Assembly (NCBI GenBank): GCA_015680685.1
Contig: MNCI01000900.1
Span: forward strand, 414,087-478,086
Length of the DNA: 64,000 nt
Direction of reading: 5' to 3'
From: Gnetum montanum
Lineage: Eukaryota; Plantae; Gnetophyta
The notes beneath the pieces are model-generated. The model made no database searches and had not been told where the DNA came from. It saw only the letters and a program-made list of their open reading frames with translations. A program made the position numbers and the translations under genes. Positions 24,263 through 36,539 of the stretch are shown in pieces (the stretch's first letter is position 1; the number at the start of each line of letters is the position of its first letter).

Positions 24263-25889
24263 TTGATCCCTCTTTGTTGACATTTGGAGGAGTGGCCTGA
24301 GAGACATCGACAAAGAACCTGAAACACCACAATAGGCACGACACCAACATTGATCATTGGTACCTAATCGGAGGACACTTCATTAGGCTCGAGAGTGCTA
24401 AAGGTAATAGATGTATGAAAATGGCTTGGGATAGCAAGGAAGGAATGAGATGAAAATAATGTATCATGTTGCAAGATGCAGAGTCAGCATGATTGACCAT
24501 GATCATGGCACTAGGGTGGCTTGTCACTGAAATGATGGCCTCTTGTCAAAATGCTTGTGAGAGAGTCATTAACCATAACACCAAAATGGATTTCCCATGA
24601 CATGTTGACCTCTAGTTAGAGTGCTTATGAGAACACCAATGCGAATTTAGGGTTGGATTGGTTTCCAAGTTGTAGCTTTGACAAATTTTTCTTAGGGACA
24701 TGTTTTACATTCATTTTCTTTTTTTTTCTTTTTTGAATTATTTCTTTTGCTTTTTTATTTTTTCTTTACAAAGTGCTAGTTGCAAGATTGTTATCATTGA
24801 GTGGACTGCATGCCACTCAATGTGCTTTTCTTAGAGGCAACCATGTTGCATTTGTAGGATAGGTGTTTCCTCCCTAAGATGAGTTGCGTTACATTTTCTT
24901 AGGCTTTAACTAGCCCATAGAGGCTCCTCATGGGACAAGATGCATTACATCCATTATGGATTCTATATTTGACTAAAAAAATAATGCCATGTGCATCAGA
25001 GAAGCTACAGAGAAGGTAGGAAAATGCAAGGTAAAGGGGTAAATGCAAGTAGGCTACAACAAGGTAATGGGGATGTGCACTCTCGAGTGGCTTGGCAAGT
25101 CCAACTAGGCACATTAGAGCAATGTTGTGAATTGCTACTAATATGAAACACATCTCTGAATGACCACCTCCAGGGCTTTTTCCTACAAACACAACATAGA
25201 GAAAACAAGAAAGCAACCACAAAATATGAGAGATAAGAGAAAATTGCTAGTTATGAGGGTGCTACAAGTGTCATGAGTGCTAGACCAGTTGCAAGAGATT
25301 GCAGTGCTAGAGTAGGAGGGCCAGTGCAGGTGCCATACCTAGAAGGTTGCAAAAGCTCTAGCAGCCACACTGAAAGTGAGCACCCGAAGGAGGCTAGCAA
25401 GGTGGCCAAGGGCGATGGCAATGCAAGTGCTCGAGGCTCCAGAAAAATGGCAAAGAGCCATGATGTTGAATGCACTTCCAAGCCTAGGCAATGGTGAGGG
25501 TTGGAGGATGGTAGCAAGATGGTTGGGCCATAGTACTACTAGTACTCTAGTGAGTGGTGCTAACGATGAGAGCTCCAACCAATAATGAAATACCCAAGGC
25601 CAGTAATTCTATTTGCATGGCTTGGGCTACTACTACTAGTCATGGTGGCAATAGCTCCAAAAGGTTAGCAAAATTCCTAAGGGCATCTCTAGAGGATCAA
25701 CAAAATTCTAGGGGTGGTAATGCTATAGATGTTCTAGAGGCCTCTTTCATAACAATGTGAACTCTATTTTGGAACTACAACACTCCATCCTACCCTACCC
25801 ATGAGGTGTGGATAAATGACAAAGGATTGGAAGTATTTGCTCTTGCTTACCCATAGAACTATGCATGTTGAGCCATGTGTGATAAACTA

Positions 25890-26285
25890 TGAACCCAATT
25901 TAAGATCCTAGTAGACCATGATGTGCTAGATTAGAGTCCTAGTAGACTGCTATGTGCTGGTTTAACATCATAGCGAATGATGGATGTTGTGGTAGTTTAA
26001 CATCATGATGCAAGGATGAGCTATGTTAGTTTAAGCATCATGGCGAACAAATGCTATGGGTGCCAATTTTAGCATCATGGTCCAAGGATGATCTATGCCA
26101 ATTTATAGTCATAGCAAACTCTGTTGTGGCAATTTAACATCATAGCAGATAGGTGTGCTAGTTTAACATCATAGCAGACGAGTGTTGTGGATGCCAGTTT
26201 AACATCGTAGCCCAAGGATGCTTTTTGTTAGTTTAATGTCATAGCATATCCTCTATGCTAGGTTATAGTCATAGCAAACTATTAC
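25890..26285 (-). repeat. About 30-bp degenerate tandem array downstream of E pol (core TAAACTRGC on minus)
   Basis: Repeated gctagtttaacatcatagc / gccaatttatagtcatagc units. Confidence 0.8.
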
Positions 26286-26319
26286 TTACCTTGCTTTGTC
26301 ATTGATTTAGTGTTTCCTA

Positions 26320-29300
26320 CTAGGCATAGTATAGCTTTAGGTATGAATGGTTGATTGAATTGGTGAACTCATTACCATCTAAATTAGCAAGCTTGAATGC
26401 CCCATTGTCATAAGCCTTGGTGACCAAGAAAGGCCCTTTCTAGTTGGCTAAGAATTTATCTATAGGTTCATGAATAGCCTTGAGGACTAAGTCCCCTCTC
26501 CTAATTTAGCATTAATGCTAATTTTGGTGTTTCTTTTGTCATTTCTTTTTGTGGTATCATTCGATGCAATCAAGCATCTGCATGCACTCCTACTCTATAG
26601 AATTGAGGTCAATGATTCTCAACTGATTGTTTTGAGCCTCATCAATGAAGCTCGAGAGGATCACGTAGAGTGATGGGACCTATAATTTAAGAGGAAAAAT
26701 TTCTTCAAACCCATATACAAGGCTACATGGCATCTTACCTATTATTGTTCTACACATTTTGTGGTAGGCCCATAGTGCCTAGACTAGTAGCTCATGCCAT
26801 CATCATTTGCCACTGCTAAGCATATTCTTTAGAAGGTTGATGATGACTTTGTTTATAGCCTTCACTTAGCCATTTTCCTATAGGCAATATGGTGATGAAA
26901 ATAAATGCTTAATGCCAAGGTGTTCACAAAAGGCTTTGGTTTCTACACTACTAAATTGTGGCCTATTATCTGTAACTATAGTCATGGTTAGAAAAAATTG
27001 GGTTACTATGTTATCAAGGATGAATTTGCAAACCTATTGCAATGATGTCTTCCTAAGGGGAATAGCTTCAACCCACTTGGTAAAGTATTCAACTATAGTT
27101 ATGATGAAGCTATGTCTTGTGGAAGACTTAGGCGTGATAGGTCATATGATATCCAACCCCTAGCATTGAAATGGCCATGTGATCTACGTGGTATGTAGTT
27201 CAGTATGTGGCAGATGCATTAAGTTTCCATGATGTTAATACACATCACATGCCTTTAACTTGGAAATGTAGTCATGATCCATGTAAGGCCAATAGTAACC
27301 TAAGTATATGATTTTTGATACTATTTCCCTGGGTGTTATGTGACCTTTGCATAGTCCCTTGTGGACTTGATCAATGATTGTTTGTGCTTCATTGTTGCTA
27401 ACACATGTTAATAGTATTCCATCGTAGGATCTATGACACAACATGTTATCGTCTATGAGGACATACTGCCATGACCATTTTCACACTACATCCTTTTAGG
27501 TAGTGGTTAAGTGCTATGGAGGCTCACCCTATTGAAGGTATGCCTTAATGTTGTCGTACCATTCTTGTACGTGAGTCATGCTTGTCGTGGCTACAGATGC
27601 ATTGTTAGTGGTTTGTGTGATAGGCTCTATGCATTCTTCTATTGAAGCATGAAAGAGATGAAACATGTTAGGTGTAATGCCTAAAGCTAACATGGCTAAT
27701 GCATCAGCAATGGCGTTCTCCTTACAGGGAATATGTTGGATATCTACGATTGCAAACTACTTAAGAAAGTTCTTTGCTAAGTTATAGTAAGGTTGTAAGT
27801 GTTGTGCTTTGGAAGCATAAACCTCTATAACTTGGTTAACAACTAACTGTGAATCACATCGGATCACTAGGTTTTGGATTCCTAGGTTGCAAGCTACTAA
27901 GATGCCTCTAACGAGACCTTCGTACTCTACTACATTGTTGGTGCAAGGACATGCATAGTGATAAGCGAATGGTCAGATCTCCCTAGAGGGAAATATGATT
28001 ACAATAATGGCATTATCCCCTTGAGATGTTGAAGCACCATAGAAGTGTAAGATTTCCTCAAAGTTGGTAGGAACTTGGCCTATAGTGCTAACAGGCTCAT
28101 TTGGAAATTCTAGATCTATCATTGCTTGATCATTTATTGGCAAAGTTGTGAGTTGTGCGGCTATTTATTGACCTTTAGTTGACACTTGTGCTATGTAGTG
28201 TAGGTCAAACTCTACTGTTATTTCTTTCTACCATGAAATTTGACTACTTTTATAAATGTTTATGATGATTACCCAGAGTACATTGCTTTTATAGATGATG
28301 TTTACCTAGTTGTGGAAAAGATAGTGCCTTCACTTCTTAAGTGAAAAAACTAAGGTGAGGCAATTCTTTTCCAAATCATTGTATTTTGCTTCATGGGCCA
28401 CTAATGCATGGATTAGATAGTATATAAGGACCTTTGAGCCATTGTCTTAATTTTGGCAAAGTAGAGAAGTGATGGACATGTCAGAGGTTGCAAGGCAGAT
28501 GTAAAATGGTTTATCTCCTTGTAGAGGGTAGACAATCAAAAGTTGAACCAGCTCTTTTTTAAGGTTGTCAAATGGCATTTGGTATCAAGGTTTTCACTCG
28601 AAGTGGATTACCTTTTAACCAAATGTTACAGTAGCTACAACTTATTAGTTAACTACGCAATAAACCTGTAAATGAATTGCAATCTACCTTATAACCCACA
28701 TAGCTCCTTAAGGTTAGCTAGTGGTGCTAAGTTGATAATGGCCTTAACCTTATCGAGGTCTACATGTATGCCTACTTCTAATACTACAAAACCTAGCATG
28801 CAACCTATCTTGATTCCAAAGACATACTTCTTAGGTTTTAACTTAAGTTCATGTCTAAGGTAGTGTTTGAGTACACGATCTATTTCATTTCCATGGTTGT
28901 CTGCTACCTTGGACTTAACTACTATGTCATCAACATAGTCATTGAGAAAATCTAGCAAACAATCATTGAAGATGTATGTCATAGCATGTTGATAGGCTAC
29001 TCCAGCGTTCTTTAGTCCAAAAGGCATTATTTTATAGCAAAATGTAGTACTAAGTTGGTGTTCTAGGTTGATCTAAATCTAGTTATAACTAGAGAACCCA
29101 TCTATGAAGGACAACAAGGCATGGCCAATCATAGTAGTAACCAATTGATCAATACTAGGCAATGGAAAATCATCTTTAATGGTTTCCTTATTTAGGTCTC
29201 AGAAGTATATATAAATGTGTATGATTTTTTTCTTGGGTACAACCATGATGTTGGAGACCTAGTCTATGTATTCAACTACTTGGATGAAACCAGCTTTATA

Positions 29301-29701
29301 AAGCTGGGTGATTTCATCATGGACTATCAATGCCACCTCATGCCTAACCTTGCTAGCTTTCTACTTAACTAGTTTTATGTGAGGATCAAGAATTATATTT
29401 TGTTGCACTATGTAAGGATCTAGGCCTGACATGTCTTCGTAAGACCATGCAAACATCTTGACATTATCATTGAGGACATTGGTACTGCTATGGGTATGTT
29501 GAGGCACTAACAAGGAACTAAGTTTTAGTATTTTTGCCTCACCACTAAGTGTTGTTACAAGGACTTCAATGAGGGGATCCCTGGTGATGTCACCTACCTT
29601 TAGATCTAGAGCTTTAACTAGATGGTTTGGCCAATTCAGTGACACATCTATGGATGTTATATGTTCATTAGGGGCTCTAGGCTCAAGATCTTGCCAAGTA
29701 T
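26320..29701 (-). pseudogene. pol: Element E pol: RT, RNase H, archaeal-type RNase H, integrase
   Basis: FAWSYEDMSGLDP, MPFGLKNAG...DYVDDIVVKS, CTNNVVEYEGL (aRH, ~27930), QVHKGLCKGH...GYYWP, GLDII; stop at 26320. Confidence 0.92.
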
Positions 29702-30344
29702 CTTGCAAAAAAACCAAAAAGAACATCAAGCCGCACCTATCTTAACTGAAGTCAAAATGTATGGAATAAAGAAAGAAATGCAATGAAAATTCTCCTAAGT
29801 GTGCAAATGTGGAGCTAGACAAGTAAGTGTGTGGCTAGTTTTAGGCCTTCATAGGCCATGGGCTGCCAATTTAAGGTCTTAGTAGATCATGGTTTGCTAG
29901 TTTAAGGTCATAATGGACCATGGTTTATGAAATATGCATTGGTTTAGGCAAGGTTGCAAGTTCTTGGAACATGGAGCTAGGTTGAGCATTCACTAGGTAT
30001 CCAAAAAAATTTAGAAATTTTTCTAAGTTTTGGGGCTACCATAAAAAGTGCAAAAATTTCTAACTATAGTTGCTACACTCATCCCTTGTGATGCTCGACC
30101 ACCTTGCTATGCTCAGAAAAAACTTGGAAATTTTGCCTAAGTGTGAAATGACATCTTGGTAGGTAGCGGATTTAATTACCCTAGGAGGGTATCTATGCAT
30201 GTTTCACCAAGAGTAAACTATCATTTTTCAAAGTGAAAACGAGAAGTTACAGAGTGTAGTGCAATTGGAGAAAGGAGTGGAAGCTAGAGTGTAGCAATCA
30301 AAGTGTGACATCTAGAGCATGATAGCTAGAGTGTAGTAGCCAAC

Positions 30345-33300
30345 ATGATGCGCCGAAGTGAACATCAACACCTCAAACTCATGAACATAAATGAGGGAGA
30401 GCAAGTATTGAGACATCTACCCTAGGCACACATGAAAGAATGGAGGGAGCTGCTATCCACCAAATACCTTGCTATGTTGTACCCTTTTCAATATTTTTTC
30501 TATGTTGTCTTTGCTTCCTTTTCTTTGCCTTGCATTAGGGTTTTGGGATTTGGAGTAGCTTACCTTGGCAAGGACCGACACCGACATGTCCACGATGGTT
30601 GCCATGGCTAGGAAGGGAGGACGTGTTTGTGGGTAGTGAGGGTTTTACTTTGCATATTCTTTCTCTTTTCTATGTTTTATGTGCACATTGTGTGGGCATG
30701 GATGATTGGGACATGACCAAGGAGTGTGCCTCTTAATCCACAGTGGTGGTAAGGTGTGGTTGCGTGTGGGGCAAGGGTTTCATCTTTTTTTTGACACTAT
30801 GCACTTTTTGGAATGGTGTTTCCATGGCTACATGGGACATGGAGAGAATCAAAAAAAATGAGGGCTTTAAGGCTGTAGTTAGGTCAAGGGGGGAAGGGAA
30901 AAAATAAGGGCTTTGTGGCTACTGCCAAGGCAGTTGTGACTTGGGAGTAAGGGATCATGGAACATACTTTTTCCCCTTCCTTTTTTTATTTGTGCATAGG
31001 AAGAAGGATGAAAAGGCAAGAACATGTTAGGATTTTGTTCCCCAATTTTTTTATCTTGATGGCTAGCGAGGACATGGGTTTGTGCAATGCTACAATTTTT
31101 CATGTGGCCATGATGCAAGCAGGGACAAGGGATAGAGGTTTATTAGGGTGGGGATGCAAAGGGGACAATTCATTTTGTTCCCATGACTATGTGGGTGGAG
31201 GAATCAGGGTTTGGTAGTAGGTTAGAGTGAATGGTGCAGCCACAGCCACAGTGGTCATGGTGGGGAAGCAAAGGGAAAGGAAGTACTATAATAGGCCATA
31301 GCCATGGCAAGCGCCTCAACACGTGATGCTAGAGTGTAACAGGGCTTGGTGGCATCATGAAGGGGGCATATTGCCTAGGGTGAGGGTGCAACATGGTGAT
31401 GGAAGTGGTAGTTAGTTTTCCTTCTGAAAATCCTCGGGTGCTTTAGGGCTACACTCCCAACCATTAGATTATTTTTTGATTTTTTCATGTTTTGAGGCTA
31501 GGCTCCTTAGGGAGGGTAGCCAATAGTTAGAAAAAAAATTCATGATTTTTTGGGGCCTATGCTCCCTAGGGAGCATAGCTAATAGTTAGAATATTTTTTG
31601 GTCATTTACCTAGGTTATGCTCTCAGGTAGGGGTAACCTAAAGTTAAAATTTTTCATGAACACCTTAGGCTATGTTGCCCAAAGTTAGAAAACAATTGAA
31701 AATTTTCGAAGTGTAAAGATGAAGAATTTGTTAAGTGTGAAAATAAAATGCCAAACACAGGAAGGCTAAGTGTGAGAATGTGAAATGCTAGAATGCCACC
31801 TATGAAACAAAATTCAAAGTGTACCTAAGCTTTGTCAAAAATGCCAAACTTGCAAACTAAACATGCCAAACTTCTAAAACATGCAAGATTGCTAAAACAT
31901 GCAAACATGTGAATATGAAGTGAAAAGCTAATGCTACATTAATGTTATACCCCAATAACCACCTAGGCATATCAAATGTATGTACTGATGTCCTATGCCC
32001 ACAAGGCCCGTAGGGCTTCCTAAGGATATATTTAATTATGCTACCCTATGCTAACTTTGCTAGTTTTGCTAAGTGAAATTTAGTGTGTTTTTGTGTATCC
32101 AATGCATATTAATCCTTTTTCTTTGTTTGTTTCTTTTGCAATTGCAAGGTATTGTTGAAGCCAATCCTCATTGTGGTGGAGCTCGTTGGCATCCTCTACT
32201 GTATGAGTGGGCCTATTCCAAACATGGTCACATTGGACACGTAGTTAGATCACCAAGTAGTGTGATTCCAACCAAAGACACACGAGTTCCCAGAATTCCT
32301 ACTCCAATACTTCAGCATGATGATATGATCACACTTAGTGGTGGAAGCTGCTAGTGTCATCATGGAGACATTTCTGCCTAGGGTAAATCAAGGCATTTTG
32401 AGGTTCATGTTTGATGAGCCTACTACCAATGATACTAGAGCAAGGGCTCTAGGCTAAGGTCCTAGGTGCATTAAGCCTTTGTCCAGGATATGGGGGATGC
32501 CAAAATTTAGTTATTATAGTAAGAGCAACACTCTCTTTGTTTCTTGGTGTGTGCATAGCCAATTTTAGAACCCACCTAGGATAGTGTGCTATGCAGGAGG
32601 GTAAGTGTTCCTATGATTTTTTCATTATTCCTTTGGCTATTTCCTCATACAAATGTGCTAACTACTCATGTTTGTTTCTAGGTTTAGCATTGATGAGCAT
32701 GGTAGGCATGATGAGGAGGGGACCTTGAACCTAACTTGCACTACCCTATAGGAATTTTCATCTTGCAAGAGTGTCCATGTGGGGGTGATTGGGAAAATTG
32801 GATCAAACTTGGTAGAGTACCCTCATTGGTACCTGAAGGCCTATGAGAGGTGTTCAATCCATGGTTGGTTGGATGTAGAGTGGGTGGATGGTGTACCTAG
32901 CACTAAGGAGGCATCAGTTCCACCACGACCATCGTGCATACCATTTTTTCCATGTAAATAATTTATCATTATGCTCTCATGTGTTTTCTACCTTGCCCTT
33001 TTTGCATGATGCTAAAATTTTTTCTACCTACATTATAGCTATATTTCTTCAAGAGAGGTCACATTGGTTGCTACGTGCTACATTGAAACCACCCTTATCA
33101 TGAAGTATGGTGATGTTAAGGGTGCATAACATTGGTTGTTCCACCAAGCCCCAATGAAATTGACCAGCAGGCTTATGTGGGTTGGGTTGATGGACCTTTT
33201 TTGGCCCTTAGCATAGGCATTATAATGGTTGAAATGGTCACTATTATTGATTCCTTCAACAATGACACTCATCACTTTGTCACGCAAGTACATGTTATGA

Positions 33301-35779
33301 GGGTGGTTTTGAACCTCACTGATGACTTCTTTGTGGACCTCTTTGGCCTTCTCTCTGATGGCCTATTGGTCATTGATAAGACCAATAAAGAGGTCAACCA
33401 CTGAGGTGATGTCGAGGAGTGGCTAGGAACTTCTCGATCTCATAAAGGCATACTCCTTAAGAACATGCAAGTGCCTATGGTCCATGAGCTTTACCCTCTC
33501 TTTCATGCTCGTGCATTTCCAAAGCTACTCTCCCAAAGAAAAATCCTTAGGCTAGATCAAGCTTGAGCAATGAGGGACATGATAGAGGATGGCATAAGGT
33601 ATAACTAGGCCTCTCACATTATTGGTCGCCTACATGCCAAGATCATCAAGTTGCACCATAACCTCTAGGCAAGGTCGCATGTGCACTTCACCTTCTTCAT
33701 AGGATGCCTATGAAGGTTTGCAAAGTTTTTGGTGGTTCACGAGGATGGATGATGGGTGGTGTAGGACTAAACATAGCTCTTAAAGCTATGGGTCAAGCAC
33801 CTATTTTTTACCACATGAGCATAAGACCCCCTAGAGGTGATTAGTGAGTCATTTTCTATAATGACTAAAGGTCACATGGGGAGATTTCACTACTCACATA
33901 ATAGTGTAGGGGAGGCCCCATCGCCTAGTACTAGAAACATGGCTAGGGAAAAGAGTTACATTGTTGAGATGGTGGAACCATCTAAGATAAAGGTTAAGAG
34001 GCCACATTTAGCAAAGAAGCCTACATAGGAGGTCAAAAAGGCAAGCAGCAAGAAGATCTGCCTAAAGTTTCACTACTTGTGCATGGATGTTGTAGGTTAG
34101 TATGAGTTATTAGATGCATTTTTTCATTTTATGTGTTTATATTTTTATGTTTTTTTATGCTATGCTATGCTATGTTATGCTAAGTGTTAAAATGTGAATC
34201 TTGACATGCATGTGAATTGTTAGAATTAGGTGAGAGCTACCAAAGCAATGGCAGAGGAATTAGTAGTAGAGGAGGTCCCTCCTCAAATTGAGGGGGGATA
34301 AGCACAAGAGAAGGAGTTGTGTGAGGCTACAGAGGTCCTCCAACAGTTGGAGGAGGAGGGGCTACTTCACCCTAATTGGAGTGATTTTGATAACCTCTTT
34401 GATGGTATGCAACTAAGTGATCTCTCTACTCTCACACTAGAGAGCCTACTAGGTCTATGCTTTGGGTTGCCATCTATTATCGCTCTCCTTCTACTATTGC
34501 ATCTTTGGCTATTTGATTGTTGCTAAATGTGTTTGCATTGTAGCTATAGAGATACCTACTAGCAATCTAGCATCCACCTCTACCTAATGCATGGAGCCAT
34601 GGGTAGAGGCACCTGACAAGTTTACCTTCATAGAAAGGCTAGTTGAGGACATGGTGGACTAACTACAATAGATGAATCTTGAGCTTGGTATGCATGTGAT
34701 GTTGCTTAACTTATCTTGCTTTACTGATTTGAAGCATAGTATGTGGTTAATGTTGTTTTGTTTGTTGTATGATAATAGGTTCCAAGCTTCACTAGTATCT
34801 AAGTAGGGTGGCCAAGGTGAATGTCATCCCTAAGTTTCTCCGTGAAGTGGATCAAGTGCCCCACTACATGTATGAGGCCATCAGTAATTGCATGCTTTTA
34901 TGTGCAAAAGCATTATGGGTTTTCAGGTGTACTAATGAGAACCTGTGGAAGCAGGTGAATGAGATCTAGGATAAGGTAGTAAGCCAGGATGCCAAAATTA
35001 ATGACTTGTAGTTTCATTATGATTTCCTTGTGGCTCATGCATGAAGGGACAGTACTTGGTAGACAACCAAGATTGACAATGCTATGTACTAGTCAATAGT
35101 TTGGGGCAAGAATGATCCCACTAGAGAGATTATCGACTAGAGGTTGTAGATGGACTTACTAGCTTGAAAAAACTAGTATTAGAAGGATTGTACCACAAAG
35201 GTGTATCAATGGGGGTAGACATAGAAGAACCACAAGCACCACTATGAGAATAAGTGAAACACTTACCTTAAATGGTACAAGGAGGAGTCTATCAAATGCT
35301 ATTTCCGTAATATATTCCTCAAGGTGATTGGCGGGACATGGAACTATGAGTTGTTCACTCATCACTTAGTGATGAGTGGGTCTCCAAAGAGGTAGATTAT
35401 CGTGCCCTCAAGGGAGGTTTCATATACCATTTTTTTGATGGAGCTACCTACATGGACCACTATGGACAAAAGCAAGACCCTTGCGGGTATTATCTTTGAC
35501 CAAGAGGACTAGATGTGGCTATCAAGGGCCAAAATCCTCCAACACTTGGAGGAGGGCCTTGATAGATTGCCTTCAAAGATCAATGTGAGACCCTCTCAAG
35601 TTAGTTATTTGTTTTAATTATTTTGTGCTTTTTATGTTAGTTTTGCATGTTGTGCATTCATTGATTATTTTACTATTTTTTGTTGCTTTGAGTAGGCATT
35701 AGGTGATGCTGTACGTTCCAGCCAAACAACAAAGGAAGAGGAAGAGGAGCCTCAACCCCCACCAAACACCATTGACTGA
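30345..35779 (+). pseudogene. Antisense multi-exon accessory gene of E (PMD-like domain), lying between PR and RT
   Basis: Exons homologous to F 45507-50115; GT..AG introns at 32601-32681, 32954-33038, 34096-~34229, 34453-34543, 34688-34778 and 35600-35695; PMD-like IIDSFNNDTHHF...LTDDFFVDLFGL..DGLLV...YN(W)ASHIIGRL...GCL. Confidence 0.8.
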
Positions 35780-35999
35780 GTAGTCCTGATGTAGCCTTGT
35801 TGTTGGGAAATTTTCCATTTTTGACCATTTTTACTATACAATCATGACATGTATTTATTGCTGGATTAATGAAAATGTGATAGTAAACTATTTTTTGCTA
35901 TGTGGGTTGTGTATTATGTATAGTTTTGCATTCATTTTGCTAAGTATTGCATGCTAGTAATGCAGTTGGTTAATGTGATTAGGCCCTTTGTGCATCCCA

Positions 36000-36345
36000 T
36001 GCTAGTTTAGGACCATGGTAAGAGGGTCATTGCTAGTTTTGGGCTATTTTGGGACCTAATGATTCCTAGTTTAGGATCATTTTGGGCTATGAATATAGAG
36101 AAAAGGTGTTGCCAATTTTAGGCCATAGTGGTATGTAGCGATAGTTTCAGGTCATCTTGGGCCACAAGGTGCAAGTTTAAGGCCTTGGTGGACTATAGCG
36201 ATAGTTTTAAGCCATTATGGGCCAATGCAATGAAAGAAAAAGGGTTGCTATTTTTAGGTTGTAGCAAGCTATATGCTAGTTTAAGGCCTTTTTGGGCCAT
36301 GACAATATGAGGAAGGTGGCCAATTTTAGGCCATGGCAGGCCATG
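36000..36345 (-). repeat. GGCCTTAAACTRGC-type motif array in E between PR and the antisense gene
   Basis: About nine gctagtttaaggcc / gccaattttaggcc variants. Confidence 0.7.
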
Positions 36346-36539
36346 AATTTTTTTGCAATTTTGGATTTTATGATTTTTTATGTATTTTAGTGTTTTTTTA
36401 ATGTGTAAGAAAACTAAAAAATGCATAAACAAAAGGAATGAATGTGTAATGAAATAAATGTTGTAAAACATAAGCAACCATGAGAAATGTAACTACATAA
36501 GTAAAAGGCAAACAAGGCATGCGAAGATTAGGGGTAAGC